A DNA stretch of 63,568 nt, counting the filler, from Hyphochytrium catenoides (taxonomy: Eukaryota > Protista > Hyphochytriomycota): NCBI GenBank assembly GCA_900088475.1. It is 11 parts of 11 records of this genome, joined end to end, with 100 filler letters (N's around TTAATTAATTAA, not from the genome) between each part and the next. Parts side by side here need not be neighbours in the genome. Positions count along the whole stretch, not along the records: positions 29,565 to 35,097 come from FLMG01004203.1; positions 35,198 to 39,552 come from FLMG01003075.1; positions 39,653 to 44,474 come from FLMG01003909.1; positions 44,575 to 46,722 come from FLMG01003971.1; positions 46,823 to 59,779 come from FLMG01002464.1; 6 more parts are not named here. One strand, given 5' to 3'. The notes beneath the pieces were generated by a model. That model had not been told where the DNA came from. It worked only from the letters and a program-made list of their open reading frames with translations, and did not search any database. The position numbers and the translations under genes were made by a program. Positions 32,399-48,569 of the stretch are shown here, one piece after another. How positions within the stretch are numbered: position 1 is the stretch's first letter; each line of letters begins with the position of its first letter.

Positions 32399-34744
32399 GG
32401 TGGGGATTGAGCTCTCGCCTCTAAGCAGAAGGGATGCCGGGTTCGATGAGCACTATCCCTTCTGAGCCTTTCGCTCCGCAAATGCTATCCTCAGGTAGCA
32501 CGAGACCTCGAGAAGTCCCTCGTCTTATACGTCTCTTCTCCGCTTAGGACGTCTGTAAGTTACACATATTTTGACATTCACCATCGCTTGCGGGCGCAGA
32601 GAGTGAGAATAACATGGCTCATAGTCTCATAGTCGGTTCGCTCAACAAGGAGAAGCGACTATTGCATCTGTTCATTGAAGATCATCGAAGACCACCGGCC
32701 CGACCTTCCCAGAGGCTTTATTTAGAAAGCATCTGGATTCTGAAGCTTTTGGGATCACAATGGTTGCTGCGGTTAACCATATGGGTGCCCACACATCAAG
32801 GCCCAATACCCTCGTAGCTATTATGCCAAATATCCATGTTGGGACCTGGGTTAGGGGTACCCTAGATACCCGCAATCCACTTAGAATCTTCAGCTCATCA
32901 ATGACAGTGGCGCGGTGGCGCGACAGCACAGGAGATCTAGAGGTGGTGTTGAAGACGGTGATGGTGGCTAGGAGTTATATGGAAGAAGGAAGGAAGCCTC
33001 CTCATCCTGAAGAGGAGCAGCACTACTGCTTGGAACTTGGGCATGGAACACCCGTTGATAGTGGCGGAGTGGTAGCAATTGTATGGGGCTAGTAAGGAAG
33101 AAGAAGACTTGTTGTCACGAGCGGTCCGATAATTGACAAGCGCTGCGTATTTGAGCATGTGGAGTCAACAAGGTCTCCTTATTATGTCTCCTCCTGTTTG
33201 GACGCAGCTGCACGACACACAGGTTCACATGACCGACTTTGAGAACGGACGACCAGCAACGTCATGCAATAACGATGGAAGGCTGCACGCGATTTCGTTG
33301 GTTATCGTCTAATGGGCAACGTCGCCGTCTCTATAGCACTACGTACAAATGGCACAGCGACGATACTATTCAAGCAGTGCGAGATGTAATAGTGCGGTTC
33401 ATCAACGTGCTTATTTATTCTGCCTGTACTTCTCCCAGCAGCCGGGTCATAAAGATATTCAGCATCATCTCACCGAGAAGAAGGAGCAACCCAAATAGGC
33501 TTACTACGCTTGCCGTGGTTTTCGAGTGTCGCAACTAATATAACTCTTTGCTTGACCCCTTTCTCTCTCTCCTTCATCTTGTTCCTATTAATGTCAGTTA
33601 GGCCTACTTACTATCTTCACCAGTGCCCTCAGCCGTAGTGCAAGCCAAGCTCATCCCAGCCCAGAAGTTCTTCATAAGGCTCTGATCTCAATGAGCTCCA
33701 AGCTCATTATCAAAAGTCATACTCTTCTTGGTCCCTGGGGCTCTCAATCTCCGATGCACGCTACTGTCAACCATCTCCTCATTGTTGCCAACACAAGATA
33801 CCAAGAATACGGACGATCACCAAGTCCAATCATCCACCGTTCGTGCTGTTGTTGTCGTCCGTTGTCCATACATAATGCAGACACTCACTTGTACTACCAG
33901 CAACAACGTGTCCCAGAAGCCAAACAGCAAGTCATCAAGAAGGATTACGGACGCCTTCATGATTGATGGAGCGACGACCCGCGAAGTACTCTACCGGGCT
34001 GCGCTATTGAATTATGGGAAGACTAAGCATTCCCGCACCCGGCACACCTGATAGTAGGAAAGACTGAAGACTGACAAATCTTTATTATCTTCTTCCCAAA
34101 CGGTGTTTACTGAGGCGTTGAATGAGATGGGTTTGCATAGATGACTATGGTTTGTTGGCATGATACAGAAGCTGATACAGACCAGACACGTTGACAATAA
34201 TTCCTATCATGAGCCTACAGATTTATGTGCCTCCAGTTGTTTTGCCTGTTGTCCTTTGGCTGAAAGTTCGATCTATCATTATCTTCAACTTCCGGCTATT
34301 GATACTCTTCGATGACAACACTTCGCAGGTGCATGCAGTGCTACGTGATGCTCAATATCTATTGATGACCGTACAAAGTCATTACAGCGACAAAAGAACA
34401 ACAAAGCACTTACAGGTAGCTCGAGGAGGATTGAGCTATTCGACAACATTACTTGCCACTCGATATGCTGATTGATGGAAGCACACATTGAATCTCCTTC
34501 TTCAATCTTGGAAGCATGCAAGTCAGTGTTGACCTCCCTGAGGTATCTCTGGAAAGAACCGTAAGCGACCTAAAGAGGAAGAAGCGTCAACAACCGACTT
34601 GCACGCTTCAAAGACTGAGATGGCCCCAGTCATGCTCAGTTTACTTTTCCACAAACCGAGCTTTTTTGCCCTATCCTCTAGAAGACCCATCAAGTACTAA
34701 TATTCGCTCAAGCGTTCCTTAGCGTAAGCGGTGGGATTCGACCG

Positions 34745-35097
34745 CTACCCTCTTGATCGCCACAACACGACGCTGCCAGGCTTGAGAAAACTGCCATTAG
34801 GCAATTGAACCCCTTGAGGAACAGAGTAAACTCTTCCTCTCCAGTAGTATACCACAGGGCCGCCTCCTCCGAACCCATCTGCTATGGTTTCTGCTTCGTT
34901 ACCTGGCTCTCCGCTTCCCTCAGCACTTGTCACATCTAGAATCCTGCCGACAGCTTCTTGGCTAAAAGCACTAGCAACCATCTTTGCAGACCTCGCCGAA
35001 TCTCTTTCCGGAAGGGTCTTAACAGAGCCCACAAGGTCGCGAAGGCTGTAGCGATGGTGCAAGATCCTCGATGATGCGATCGGCCCTTTGATTGATG
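34745..35097 (-). CDS. C-terminal fragment of a hypothetical protein
   Basis: Frame open from the scaffold edge to TAG, with protein-like complexity (LHHRYSLRDLVG...GPVVYYWRGRVYSVPQGVQLPNG). Confidence 0.45.
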
Positions 35098-35624
35098 NNN
35101 NNNNNNNNNNNNNNNNNNNNNNNNNNNNNNNNNNNNNNNNNTTAATTAATTAANNNNNNNNNNNNNNNNNNNNNNNNNNNNNNNNNNNNNNNNNNNNCAT
35201 CATGTTTCCATTCGTCTCCCTTGATGTCGCTTTTCATTGAGCTTCTACGTGGACTACATGCTCTTATTATAACCTCGATGGAGATCAAAGCTTCGCCTCA
35301 GCACATGTGCTAAGACTGCATCAGATGACTATAAAAGATGCTCAAGAAGCAATCTTATACGGAGTTCAATTCGCCGACAAACAATAGCGATTGTTAGCGC
35401 TTAGCGCTGTGTCAAGACATAGTACTCCTTCTTCTCCTGCTGTCTCGTTATTGGCGTTCTCAATAATCTAATATACAGCCGGACAATCTAACAACATCTG
35501 AGTTTCGAATGGTATAAACTCATTAGATTGCACATAGACTACACAGACGAGAAGTGATCTGATAAAGGATATTACATCTTCCCAGGCTCTTGACCCTCAA
35601 CCAGGTTCATGACCTCGAACAACT

Positions 35625-37745
<2,121 letters not shown>

Positions 37746-38650
37746 ACTTCTGCCGAGACACCACCTTGTCAGCGCTGGACCTAAACAACTATTACCTCTA
37801 GAGGAAGTTCCTCCGTACACAGATTCTCAATATCTCCGACTACTTGAAGCTCTGGTGAGGCCTATGTAGCTTGTGAACAGCAATACGGAGACTGAAGTGG
37901 CAGACGTATTGGTTCCCATCTATCGCTTTTCGAGTTCAATTCTGCAGCTTTTCACGGAAAGAGATTCTCTGAATAAGGAAGGCGGGAAAAGTTCGAAGCC
38001 TGTCTTGAATTTGGCGGGGGCCGTGAATTTTAAAAGCTTCGTATTACTAATTCACATAAACCTTATCTTTAGAGGGTATGCCTGTGAGACTACTACTACT
38101 ACTTCTGGAGCTGTACCTGTAATAAAAGACAGAGACGTAGTTGTAGTTCGAGTACTTGTACAGTACACACTGTTGTGTTTATGCCGTTAGCAGCTTTCAT
38201 CGAGACCAGATTGAGATCGGAAGATTCGGAATAGAGACGTAAGGTTACACTTTGAGAGTGTACATTCTGCAGGCTGGATGAGAGGGATGAGAGTTTGTGT
38301 CTTGGAGTGTTGAAATGTGGGCCTTTTTTGGAACAGACTTGAGCTGCGGTTTTCGATAAAATGCAGACAGAGAACTGAAGACTTCCGTCTGTGTAGGCAT
38401 TGACTCGACGTAGAGTGTAATCTTGTCGTCGCCGTACTGCTCTAAGGCCCTTCTAAGGAAAGTTTGTACGTGGCCAGCTTTATTAGTAATTGCGGCTGGT
38501 GCATACGAGCTGCGTAAAGACAAGGGCTCGCGAGGCTAGGCGTGAAGTCTCCAACCGATAGCTTAGTGCTTATAACTTTCTCACCGTCGCCAACAAGGTT
38601 ACCGTTTAGACGCTCCAAGACTCACATTCAGGATCTTCGTTTAGAGAAGA

Positions 38651-39552
38651 ATGACTACGGCGCATCGTCCCACGTGGAATGCCGCTGTTGGTAGCAGCAA
38701 CGAAGGAGGGTGGACGTCTGGAGGCGCCGTCAGCACTGCCTTTTCTGCTAGAGATCTCCCTGGACATACGAAGCTGAAGCTAAGGTAAGCGGACCGCTCT
38801 CTGGTGAAACTTCTTATCACTGAGCCTTTCTTTAGACAACCAGGGCAGGGTACGGCTGATGACGTTGCGGGGATTGACCTGAAGCAGCAATTAGAAGAGA
38901 AAGAGCAAAAAGCTTTGTTTGATCGACAGCGAGAAAAAGAGGCAGAAAAGAAAGGCGGTGTTTTACAGCGGAATCACTTGGACGAGAAAGAGCCACAGCT
39001 CTTATTACTAAAGAATGCTGAGACAAAGGACGTAATGAACGTGTTGAAGAAGTATGAAGATGATGATGAAGACGAAGACGACGACGCGCCACACAAAGGA
39101 GGTTCAGATTCTGAGGAGTCGAGCAGCGATAGGTAGGTTGGTGGTGAGGTACTTCACTTATTGTTGTTGTTAGCTAACTTTATGGCATCAGCGATGACGA
39201 AGATGATGAAGAGGAGCTCCTCCGAGAGCTGGAGAAGATAAAGCGCGAAAGGGAAGAAGAGAGATTGAGAAAGGAGCAAGAAGAAGAGGAATTAATGAAG
39301 AAAGCTGCACAACAATCGGCCCTGGTCGGAAATCCCCTCCTTGCGACTTCCGGTGGCTCAGCAACTTTGAAGAGGCGGTGAGCTGAGATTTTCCTAATTT
39401 GTTCAGGGACATGTGATTCACTTCTTCCTTTTTCAAGGTGGAACGATGACACTGTGTTCAAGAACCAGGCTAGAGGTGAGACGGAGACAAGGAAGCGGTT
39501 TATCAACGATACTATTAGAAACGATTTCCATCGGCGTTTCCTTACGAAGTAC
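38651..39552 (+). CDS. CWC15: Spliceosome-associated protein CWC15 (last few codons cut off by the scaffold end)
   Basis: Exons 38651-38784, 38836-39132, 39192-39377 and 39438-39552. MTTAHRPTW, RDLPGHTKLKLR/QPGQ, ELLRELEKIKRER, GNPLL, KRR/WNDDTVFKNQARG, RFINDTIRNDFHRRFL. Confidence 0.97.
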
Positions 39553-40533
39553 NNNNNNNNNNNNNNNNNNNNNNNNNNNNNNNNNNNNNNNNNNNNTTAA
39601 TTAATTAANNNNNNNNNNNNNNNNNNNNNNNNNNNNNNNNNNNNNNNNNNNNCAGCCAGCCATATCATAACGTCGATTCCTTCGTTCTCCGATCCCAGGC
39701 GGCAAGATCCAAATGTTATGGCCGTTTTGCCGTAGCTGCCGGACCGTCATCAGACCGTCCGAGCAGTGTCCCATCTTCTCCCAGTTCCTTCATAGAAGGC
39801 GCCGTCCTGCCTTAGCAGATAATAGAGGATAGGGGCTGCCCGATCAAGTATGCGCCTCTAACGGTGGCGACATTCCTCATCATCAGCCGGTATAAGCTCA
39901 AACCTCAGTACTGGGCAGCCCTGAAGATAAGAACCGGGCTGCTGGACGGTCGTTTTGGCGTCAGCCTGGCCGCAGCCGCCATGACGGCACTAGCAGCAAT
40001 ATTTTAGTTCCCGTCCAGAAATGCCTATCCCTTCGCCATTAAGTCAGTTCAGTGACTCATTCGCACTTCCTTATGGCTGATGATCACTGGAGGCTATTAA
40101 AGGCTGCGATGACATAGAGTCGGCGCCGGCTTAGTAGTCAGATTCTGAAATATCTCGTCACCTTTTCGCTCCTTATCTTTCTTATCTTCTTTCCTTGCCC
40201 TTGCTCTTTCCCTCCTCTACCTCTATTGGCTCGCAACCCTTCCCCCGCTAAGAAGGCTCTAGCTTTCAATGTTGGCAGAGGAGAGTTGACGGTTGCTTCT
40301 TTAGGGATAATAGACAGTGGGCTCCTTTCTGGAGAAGACCCAAGATCCCGCTTGCTTGTCCTTCAGGCTACTTTAAGGTTTCCCTGACGATCATCATGAA
40401 AGAGTGACAGATAGATGGGTTGCCAGAAAGCGCAGCGCAAGAGAGACGATAGTCCCATGATGGGTCCTCATACTCGATAACTCCCAGACTTTTAGACCTT
40501 GGTATCTGCTGCTTTCGCTTCTGCTCCGTGCTC

Positions 40534-42771
40534 CTACTTCTTAGCCTCTTCCTTGAGGCTTTCTCCACCGCTTCCGGCGGCGCTAATTCTCGCAGCACTG
40601 TCAGGCGCAGGTGCCGTTTCCTTACTCTTCTGCGGTTCTTCCTCACTACCGGTCCCAGAAGGTATGGAAGGTGCGGCAGTAGCAGTTCCTCCTGCTGAAG
40701 GCGGCGCACCTGTTTCCACTGGCTTAGTATGGTTTGTCGTCTGAGGGACTGGCTTCTCAGGCGGCTTGATGTCGCCTCTTCCTTCGGTGGACAAGGCTTC
40801 TCCCGCCTTAGGTGATGATGTCGTCTTCTCTCCTTTTTTCTGCAGCTTGTCTTCAGGCTCCTCTTCGGAGTCTGCATCATCTCCTTCTTCCCGTTCTTCG
40901 CTGTCGTCTCCATCCCCATCTTCTCCTTCTTCTTCTTCGTCGTCATCCTCTGCGTCTGGTCCTGTTTTCTTCTTCTTCTCGCTCTCCTTCTCTTTTCTAT
41001 CTTTCTGGTCTTCTTGGTTCTTTAGCCCAGAAGAGGACAGCTCTTCTTCTTCTTTCTTGCTCCCTTCCTTCAGCTTCTCCTTGTCGAAGTGTGAACTGTC
41101 ATATTTGGCTCCTTCTTCCGCCGCCAGAGCTGCCAAGTGCTCCGTCTTTAAGTCCTCGTCTCCCGGGTAGGTAGCTCTTCCTACCTTTCTAAGATAAAAC
41201 TTCTGCACTTCGTAGAAGAGAAAGGCACCATAACAGAGAGAAAGGAGCCAGAATAGAGCCACCTGGAAGCGAGTGTAGTGGTAAAGAGATGGAGAGACAG
41301 ACAGGCATGACTGAAAGCCAGAGCTTGTTACGTTTGCTGCCATGTAAGTGCCGACCACGCCCCATCTGCAGACACATATATCCAAGATAGACAGAAGGAC
41401 AGGAAAAGTAACAAGCGTTGGTCACGTTTCAGTAAAATCCAAAGAGGGCCAAGTAAAGGACGGAGAATGATGGCATTTCCTCCTCGTAGTAAAAATCAGA
41501 AGCGGTCTCCACCGTCAGAGACGGAAAGAAAGAAGCGGATAGTACTAGGAAGAATGTGGGAAGAGGCAATATCTTCTTGGGCAAAGAGGATACGGCGGCG
41601 GAAAGGACAGGGGCGAAACGTAGTACTAGATGGCGAATGCATTCGAAGAACGACAGAAGAGAGGTGAGGGATGGCAGAGAAATAGAGAAAAAAAGGAGAC
41701 CCATGGCCAGAAAGGAGGTTGATAGTAGTGCTCGTTCTCTCACATTAGGAATCCAATGAGTGTCAGTAAGCCATATCCAATCACCAGGACTCTTAGTCGC
41801 TTGGGCGGCAGTGGCCCAATCCACATCCAGGAGTAGAAGAAAAGAAAGACATATGCGTAGCCGACAGTGACCCGTGTAAAACCTGAGACGGACAATGCTT
41901 ATAAATAGCTCTTTTTTGACGGAGGAAACTGCAGCTGCGCTGCAAATGGAGCAAAGAATCTTGCGGATGAGCCAAACAAGAAGAACAGAAGAAAGTGACG
42001 AGAATTGACAAGGAGTCTCACAGGTCATCAGCTAGCTGAGAATGGAGGATTGGGAAGCAAGCTACTTAGCGGTCCGAAGATTCATCCTAACCGATAATGA
42101 TCATACCTCGCAGGTCTTGCTGGCAGCGGCTACTCGCCCAATTGATCAGTATATTGCCTACAAAGACATTGACCGAAAGGAGAAAGGCAAGCGGGAGAGG
42201 ATAGAGAAGAAGAAGAGGCACCCAGTAGCGATCGCGCACTCTGTCTCTAACACTTCGGGACTTGTTCAGGGCTGTCTCTTCCTCCTTTGCCTGCAGAAAT
42301 GATAGCATCACGCGGGAGCAAAGCTCAGAAGAGAGTGACAGAAGGACCCACGACGTTCAGACGATAGAAGCAAGAGCTTCATAGCAAAGACCAAGGAGAT
42401 ATGCAAGCGATCATCATATCCTGCAAAAAGTCGTCTGTTACTCTGAGGGATCTCATGATTCGCTCCTCTACTTGTGTTTCATGCCTATCTACAGGTCCTC
42501 AGCTTACCCGAGCTTTCTCTTTCTCGTCAGCCTCAAAGTTAGCTGCCGCCTTATCCAGCTTAGCCCATTCCTCTGCATCCCCAAGCACGTCATCTCCTTC
42601 CTTCTCTTCTCCACCTTTCCCCCTCTTGCCCTTCTTCTTCTTCTTATCACCTTTAACAGGTTGAAAAGAGTTCGCATCCGCAGCAAGAGCTGTAGGTTCT
42701 CTAGGGGCAGCGAGGTCAGGCAAGGCTGCAGCCCCTCCGCTCCCTTCCCCCTCTTGGGTTTCTGATGTCAT
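40534..42771 (-). CDS. Four-TM membrane protein with long charged N- and C-terminal tails (TMEM272-like topology, inferred)
   Basis: Exons 42508-42771, 42107-42290, 41744-41882 and 40534-41365 splice in phase. Four hydrophobic segments, Cys in loop 1 (RCQQDL) and loop 3 (SCLSVSPSLY), WGVVGTY in TM3, acidic/Lys-rich tail. Confidence 0.75.
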
Positions 42772-44261
42772 CCGGCCTTCTTACGCTTCTTTCAGCAGCG
42801 CCGCGGCCCCTACTCAGGCAAGGAACCCTTTGGTGGCAAGTTCCAGCCGCCTATTAAGACAGCTACGAAGAAGGGAATCGGCGGGAGTAGTAGAGACTTG
42901 AGGGGACAAAGTTGACAAGAGAAAGAGCAAGAAGGCTCTAGATAGTGCCGAAGAGATCGTGGTGACAAAAGGAGAAGGAAGACAAAGGCGGGACAGCAAA
43001 GGAAGGAGTAGGGGACAAGGAGAGACAGACCAATGCCTGTGATTTGCACTCCTTAGCTGAGCATGCACATAATCGAGAAGGAATAGCAAATGGTGGGAGG
43101 GTTCCGAACAACCAACTCCCGTAGTAGTTAGTGATGAAGGAGACAAGACAACACTACTGCGCCAGAGGTGGACAACTATGATGCTCCTTCTCGTTCTAGT
43201 CGTCCGAGGAGGACGGGATAATGAAGCGAGACGATGGAGAAGGCAGGGACCAAGCAAGAATCTTTCTTTGCTTCCTAAGGAGGAAACTTGTTGACGAGGA
43301 GACTTCTTGTTGACGACCAGGTGTTGGTGAGGATGAAGAAGGAGAAGAGCGAGCAACAAGAAGCCGCCGTAGTAGCAGGAAGAAGGACCCGAGAGGCAAT
43401 AATACGAACAGGATGAGGAGGAAGAGTGAGACACCTCCGTCACTGACAAGCAAGGCAGCGACCGGGAGAGTAGAAGACAGAGGAGAAAGAAGAAGGAAGA
43501 CAGAGAAGAAGAGAGAGGAGTGTGAGCATCATGATAATAACAGCCCAGCAAGAGAGAAGACCAGAAGACCAAGAAGAGAAGAGACAGAGCTATCAAGACA
43601 GAAGAGGACGGAGAAGAGACCCACATGATAGCAGAAGTCCAAGTTAACAGGAGACAGAGGATGGAGAGACAGGGAGAGAACTGACTACAGAGGAAGAAGA
43701 GCGAGACCACCACCACCATACTACAACAGACAGACAGAGGGCCACCACCGCCACTCCTCTTCCTTCCTTGCCCAGCCTCCGTGCGAGACGTTTCAACCTT
43801 TACAGAGTGCCCTTTCGTCCTCTTCCCTTCCTTGATTATCAACGTGGCCGGTACTTCAGTAATCTCAGTGGAGTTTGGACAGGGAGGTGGATAATGGAAG
43901 AGACAGACTTTGGCATCCAAAAGAGGACTCACTGAAGAGGAAGAATGCGTTCTGCATTCTATCTCTGACTCTCTCTCCCCCTCTCGCTGGTTCTGTCGTT
44001 CTACAGTCAATCAATAGCTTTAGGCTTCGCCTAGGGCTCGCCCGACGTTCCTAGTGCGTAATCCAGCCTTCGGCTGTATTATTAGTGGAAGATGCTTGGA
44101 TCACTGATTTAGTTGTACAAATTCTAATAACACCAAGAACTCTTCATTCCTTCTACATGTAGAAGAACTAGAACTGAGAACTAGTTCTATCTGTATTTCC
44201 TAGGTAGATTCTCTAAAGGATCTCCCTACTCGTTCACCCACGCTTCCTACAGCAGAGTAGT

Positions 44262-44285
44262 GAGTGAGTGAGTGAGTGAGTGAGT
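44262..44285. repeat. (GAGT)n microsatellite
   Basis: Six gagt units read directly. Confidence 0.85.
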
Positions 44286-44574
44286 GGTGAAACTTTCTCA
44301 ACTCTTGACTGTTGCAGGAGTCGCGTGACATGTCACCTCCACCCTCAGCTCCTAATGCTAAAAATACAGGACTGTAGGTGATGCGTCTCAGGTAAAATGA
44401 GGGTACAGGTATAACATTCGCGTGAAGGTACGCGATGTGTCTCGGGTTATGGTGATACGTCTCGCGTTACAAATNNNNNNNNNNNNNNNNNNNNNNNNNN
44501 NNNNNNNNNNNNNNNNNNTTAATTAATTAANNNNNNNNNNNNNNNNNNNNNNNNNNNNNNNNNNNNNNNNNNNN

Positions 44575-44782
44575 CTCCGAGGACTCGGACAGTGATAAGG
44601 AGGATGACAATGACTTTCTAGATGGGGACAATGATGTTGGCCCTCTCCTGCAAACGGCAACGGAAGAGAGAGAGAGTGCCATTGACGAGAAAGAGACTAC
44701 TCGGAATTCAACAGAGACGGAGAAAGAGAGTTCGCCAGCGTGGCCGCTGGGACCAGGTGAGCCGAAGCAATAGAGTCTCGTC

Positions 44783-44813
<31 letters not shown>

Positions 44814-45411
44814 CTTTCTGTCCCCTCCCTCTCATCTTCGGAATGTTTTTCCTGCTTTTTTCTCCCTCTCCTTGCCTGTCCATCCACTACCACGATGGTG
44901 TTTACGTGATATATCTTCCTTCTTTCTCTTTCTCTCTTTTCTCTCTCCCCTCTTCTCTTGTTCTTTGACTCTCTCTCTTCTCTCTCTCTCTCTCTCTCTT
45001 TTTCTCTGTCTTTTCTGTTTCATCTCTCTCCTATCTCTGCTCTAGTCTCGGTCTTCGACTTCCTAAGTGATGAGGCGAACAAGTACACCAAGGCGCCAGA
45101 AGAGACCACCTCTCTTCCCCAAGAAGACGAAGACGAGGGAGGCGGAGAAGAAGAGGAAGATGAAGAGAGAGAGGAAGAAGAGAGAGAAAAAGAGGAAGAG
45201 AAAGAGGTGGGAATGCTCCTTGATCTTGAGAGAGACGACCGAACAGAGTCTCTCGGTCCAAACTCGGCAAGATCTGCAGCGGAAAGGAGAGACAGAGCAC
45301 GAACTCCGGCAAAACCGAGAAGTCTAGAAAAGGCCAACAGGTAAGACAGATAGGAAGCAACAGTGTCACAGTTAGTGATTAGAGGAACTTAATATATAAA
45401 GAGAGAGAGAA

Positions 45412-45454
<43 letters not shown>

Positions 45455-46620
45455 CACGATATGGGGAGAGAGTCAGAAAGAGAGAAGGCGACAAAGAGAA
45501 TATGAGAGAAGTTTATCTAGGGCTTCTTAACCGTTTTCTTCGGCTCTGCCTGCAGGAAGGAGCCAGTCCTCCCAAGAGGAGGAAGAAATGTCAGACATAG
45601 GAAGGAAGAGACGCGGAGAAAGAGCAGCTCTCTCTCCTCTCCTGGCAAGCAAGACTACAGCCACCTCTACCGCTCCTTGCAAGGCCTTTTCACCGCGTTC
45701 TATCCTCATCCCATCCTCAGGGCAAAGGCACCGCAAGACCCTCCATTGCAGACAATGCTGAAGCTTCAAGTATTTCCCTACTCTTTTATCTCTCTCTTCT
45801 TATCTTTCTTTCCTTTCCTTCTTCTCCGTCTCTCTTCCTGTTCTTTCGCTCTCCACCTTCAAAATGCCACCTTTTTCGTTCCAACGGCGGTGTCTCTCTC
45901 CCAATCCTACCATAAAAACATCCTTCATCAGCAAAGTCTCTCTCCTGTCATTCTTAGAATCTTGTCGCACCCTTTCTCTCTGCGTTTTCTTGCTGTTCCT
46001 CTGTAGGCGGACGTCTATGCGACGTGGAAGGATGTGATGCGGGATCTGGCGATGGTTTACGAAGACGAGACCGACGTACAAGGTACTCCTGGCAAATATC
46101 AGAAAGAGAGTGAAAATAGGAGGCAGAGATAGTGAGAGCGCATAAGACGCGTCGACAGAGGGAGAGAAAATAAAGAGAGGCAACCAGCGGGTCCACTCGA
46201 CTTCGAGAGTGTAGAGGGTGAGAGGGAGAGGTGAAGAGAGGGAGAGAAGTGAAGAGAGAGAGAAAAGTGAAGGGAGAGAAGTTAAGAGAGAGAGAAAAAA
46301 GTGAAAAGAGAGAGAGAGAGAAAAGTGACGAGAGGGAGAGAGCGCGAGATAAAAGGTGGGCTGAGGGAGCGGCAGAGAGAGATGTAAAGTGGAAGAGGGC
46401 AAAGAGAGGCAGAGGAGTTGGGGAGAGAGAGAGCGGGACAGAGGCCAAATGAGGTAACAAAGAGATAAACAGTTCGGAGGACATGACCCTTGCATCTTTA
46501 GTAGCCTTAACTTGTCTTTTCTCTCTCACAGTGTCCACCGACCCTTTCTTCAAGTACTTCCGCGTCAACTCCAACTCTCATGATGAGGTCTATGATATTA
46601 TTAGGGATGCACTTAGACAT
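44575..46620 (+). CDS. Internal fragment of a large hypothetical protein (acidic disordered region followed by a globular part)
   Basis: Exons 44575-44756, 45046-45340, 45556-45769, 46007-46082 and 46532-46620 splice in phase: ...YSHLYRSLQGLFTAFYPHP...LKLQ/ADVYATWKDVMRDL.../VSTDPFFKYFRVNSNSHDEVYDIIRDALRH. Confidence 0.7.
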
Positions 46621-47345
46621 GTACGACTTCCTCTCCCCTACTCTCTCTCTTTTCTTCTTTCTTTGTCCCTCCAATTCCTCTCTCTATTGCCTTCACCTTT
46701 CTCTTTTCCTTGCCATCATCCANNNNNNNNNNNNNNNNNNNNNNNNNNNNNNNNNNNNNNNNNNNNTTAATTAATTAANNNNNNNNNNNNNNNNNNNNNN
46801 NNNNNNNNNNNNNNNNNNNNNNCGTGCCTTTTTGGTGGCGAGCTACTCTTCCTCGCATCCCCGACACTTTTATTGTCTCTGTCTGGATGTCCTCCTCACA
46901 AAGCCCTTATCCTTCATATCTCTTGGCACTCTTTCTCTTTTCCATATCTCCGCACGACAAAATTCGGAGAACGACCTCGTTTACTGACCCGTTGCCAAGT
47001 TATTTTCGTGGCAGTGCATGGATGTAGCCATAGAACTACATGGCCATGACCCAAAATAAAAGTGGGGGAATCACCACTACTGTTTCGTTCCCGAAGGTAG
47101 GATTCGGTAAATGACTCTACTGTTTTGTGCTGGTGCATCCTCCTCCTCCTGTAAGAGTGAGACAGCCGATGACTGGTTATCTCGGGAAGAGAGAGAAAGG
47201 AACAGCTGAAAGAAGTGTACCCGGAGTGCAAAGTTGTCATAGGGTTGAGATGAGATAGAGAATGTCTCACACTCTCTCTCCCCTCTCTCTCACTCTCTCT
47301 CTCTCTCTTCCTTTCTCAATCACTGTCTCTTCCTGCCCCTCTCTT

Positions 47346-47384
<39 letters not shown>

Positions 47385-48569
47385 TTCTTTCTTTCTCTCT
47401 TTCTCTCTCTCCCTCTCTCTCTCTCTCCTTCTTCTTCTCTCTTTCTCTCTCTCCCTCTCTCTCTCTCTCCTTCCTCTTCTCTCTCTCTCTTTCTCAATCA
47501 CTCTCTCTCTCGTCCTCTCTTGGTTGCTTCTCTTTCTTCTGCCTTACTGTTGTCTCCTCTCTCGTTCTTTCGTCTCCCTCTTTTAGGTCTTTCTCTCTCT
47601 CTCTCTTTTTGTTTGAGTGCAGGTAGCAGAACTGTGCGGCTCACCTGCTGGTCGTCAAGAAAGTGCACATGCGGACATTATTCGCAACAGAGAGCCAGAC
47701 TGGCACTGCTATAACAGAGACGGGAAAGTCCAGCGCAGAGTCCCAGGACGCAGGGAGATCTACTTGTACAGAGCGAACTATCAACTGGAGTTCTCATATG
47801 AACAGCCATAGAGCTACAGCCAGCACTTCTGCAGGAAAGAAAGAGAAAACGAGAAGTGACACGAAGGCAAAACAGTAGTGACTCGAGGGCAGGAGCAATA
47901 GTAACTCTTAGGCCTGCGGGAAAGGTTCTGCAAGACTCTACCAAGCTTCCTATGCTTCTTAGGTCCTCCTGAACTTAACAAAGACTCGCTCTCCTTATCA
48001 TAAGAATGATGACTGGGAGAACCGGCTGGTTCAATCTATGCTTTCACACCCCAATCAGGGACGTATAGTCTTGACGGCAAGGCAGAAAGAAGACTCTTAA
48101 ATGCCGTCGTGTGCAACAAAGGACGTTGACGTTGGAGCACAGAAAGAGATGCGAGAGCTAGCGATGCCAATAAACCTGAGGTCCATGGGGCTCCGAATGT
48201 ATGTTGCCCCACCTAGAGGTGCAGCTCTCGGGGGAACCTGCAAGACGACTAGCTGTGTAACCATCGGGGCCTCTCGACGGTGACTTGATGGCACCTACAT
48301 GCCTTTGAGAGGAGTTAAGAACAGGTGATACAGGAACTAGAGAGCTGCCGAACATGATGGGAGGGAGAGAGACGAGAGGAAGAAGGTGGCAGGAGAAAGC
48401 AAGAGAGCGCACAAGCGCAGTGCTTTGCAGAGTGTCATTGTACCAGTTGCATCCTCTTTCAGAGGTGCCATCAACCTTCAAGGGACAAAGCTCGCCAACA
48501 TCCCGCGAAAAGGCTCATCTTCGCCTCCCAGAAAGACTCTTGTAGCAACGGTCGACCAATTCTGCAATC

